From: a virus
Length of the DNA: 33,597 bases
Direction: 5' to 3' (one strand)
Virus record (IMG/VR): IMGVR_UViG_3300006752_000008
The position numbers and the translations under genes are program-made. A model generated the notes under the pieces. The model did not search any database. It was not told the DNA's origin and saw nothing but the letters and a program-made list of their open reading frames with translations. Shown here piece by piece: positions 33,186-33,597 of the stretch (positions are counted from its first letter, which is position 1; each line of letters begins with the position of its first letter).

Positions 33186-33597
33186 TCAGTGATACACAGG
33201 CCGTTGAGTGTAATATGCTTGACTTTTTTCATCTTTGCAACGCACAAATCGCAACATTTCGTAACCGTTTACATCTTCACGCTGTTCGTGGAAAACAAAT
33301 CCACACCAAGATAACCACATAATTGTTTCGTCATGCCCTACTGGACATATGTTTTCAATGATGTCGTAGTCGCCTTGAAGCAAGGTAATGACCTCCTTAC
33401 ACTTGCGAACAAACGGTTTTGCGTATGTGTTTATGCCTTCAGTGCCAAGCATCCACACACTGCCTCTGCCATCTTCAAGGGGAACAGTTCCACACATTGC
33501 AATACAAACATCGTCTTTTTTAATTGCGTAGGTGTAATGTCCTTCTATTTCAAAGACATGAGACAAAGCATCAAGGGGTGTGAAACCAAATATCTCA
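33186..33597 (-). CDS. 3' part of the split GNAT-fold-like gene (see 1..233)
   Basis: The track ORF 33186..33566 begins at a TTG only because the window ends. The frame stays open to the window edge and continues into 1..233. WMLGTEG...FVRKCKEVITLL...WLSWCGFVF fits a small acetyltransferase-like phage family (tentative). Confidence 0.75.
   Translation of the reverse strand, partial: EIFGFTPLDALSHVFEIEGHYTYAIKKDDVCIAMCGTVPLEDGRGSVWMLGTEGINTYAKPFVRKCKEVITLLQGDYDIIENICPVGHDETIMWLSWCGFVFHEQREDVNGYEMLRFVRCKDEKSQAYYTQRPVYH
33212..33247 (-). promoter_or_regulatory. Candidate late promoter carrying the TTGTGCGTTG motif (TTGCAA-N17-CATATT), about 100 nt upstream of the capsid gene
   Basis: The - strand reads TTTGTGCGTTGCAAagatgaaaaaagtcaagCATATT, inside the 3' end of the preceding gene. 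Confidence 0.35.
33475..33597. repeat. Terminal direct repeat, copy 2 (identical to 1..123)
   Basis: See copy 1. Confidence 0.95.

Noticed and set aside
1-33597. CRISPR arrays, rRNA genes, transposases/IS elements, introns/homing endonucleases, inteins
   Set aside because: I saw no regularly spaced repeats, no rRNA-like sequence and no transposase-like ORFs. TerL, portal and the other large proteins are of normal length with no inserted endonuclease-like domain.

Overview
The window looks like a complete, densely coded tailed-phage (podovirus-type) genome that was linearised at an arbitrary point. Bases 1..123 are identical to 33475..33597, giving a unit length of 33474 bp, and one gene is split across that junction.

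There are two transcription arms.

(1) A rightward early arm on the + strand, 7846..15253. It contains:
- small takeover-type ORFs
- a tRNA-Trp(CCA)
- a DUF932-like protein
- several HTH and zinc-ribbon proteins, including an NrdR-like ribbon that lacks the ATP-cone
- an Hjc-like resolvase with a TTG start
- an HTH replication initiator that carries two iteron-like repeats
- a YqaJ-type exonuclease, an Erf annealase, and an SSB-like protein ending in DDDIPF

(2) A leftward late arm of about 25 kb on the - strand. It runs from 6985 down to 1, wraps to 33597, and continues down to 15325. It contains:
- TerS, then a run of tiny and very basic proteins, then TerL
- a podovirus-type portal and a scaffold
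- an inserted GNAT-like gene
- a 270-aa capsid protein
- T7 gp11/gp12-like tail tube proteins
- three internal/ejection proteins of 151, 1278 and 1392 aa
- a T7-type fibre N-terminal protein and an RCC1-like beta-propeller fibre
- a five-gene lysis cassette ending in an M15 endolysin

The arms diverge at 7000..7846 and converge on a hairpin at 15292..15319. I found no RNAP, DNAP, integrase, CRISPR array, rRNA or transposase.

The most unusual structure is a roughly 1.3-kb imperfect inverted duplication (7028..8330) centred on a perfect small palindrome. Its left arm is a decayed mirror copy of the first early gene, complete with SD, ATG, a -10-like block and a terminator, and it now forms the leader of the late operon.

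Other points worth follow-up:
- a 10-nt motif (TTGTGCGTTG, - strand) in front of four late gene blocks
- an almost invariant AAGGAGAACTAA gene-junction cassette in the early operon
- a possible ADP-ribosyltransferase-like insert in the largest ejection protein
- the lysine/arginine-rich mini-protein cluster that separates TerS from TerL

All family assignments come from motif recognition by eye. No searches were run.
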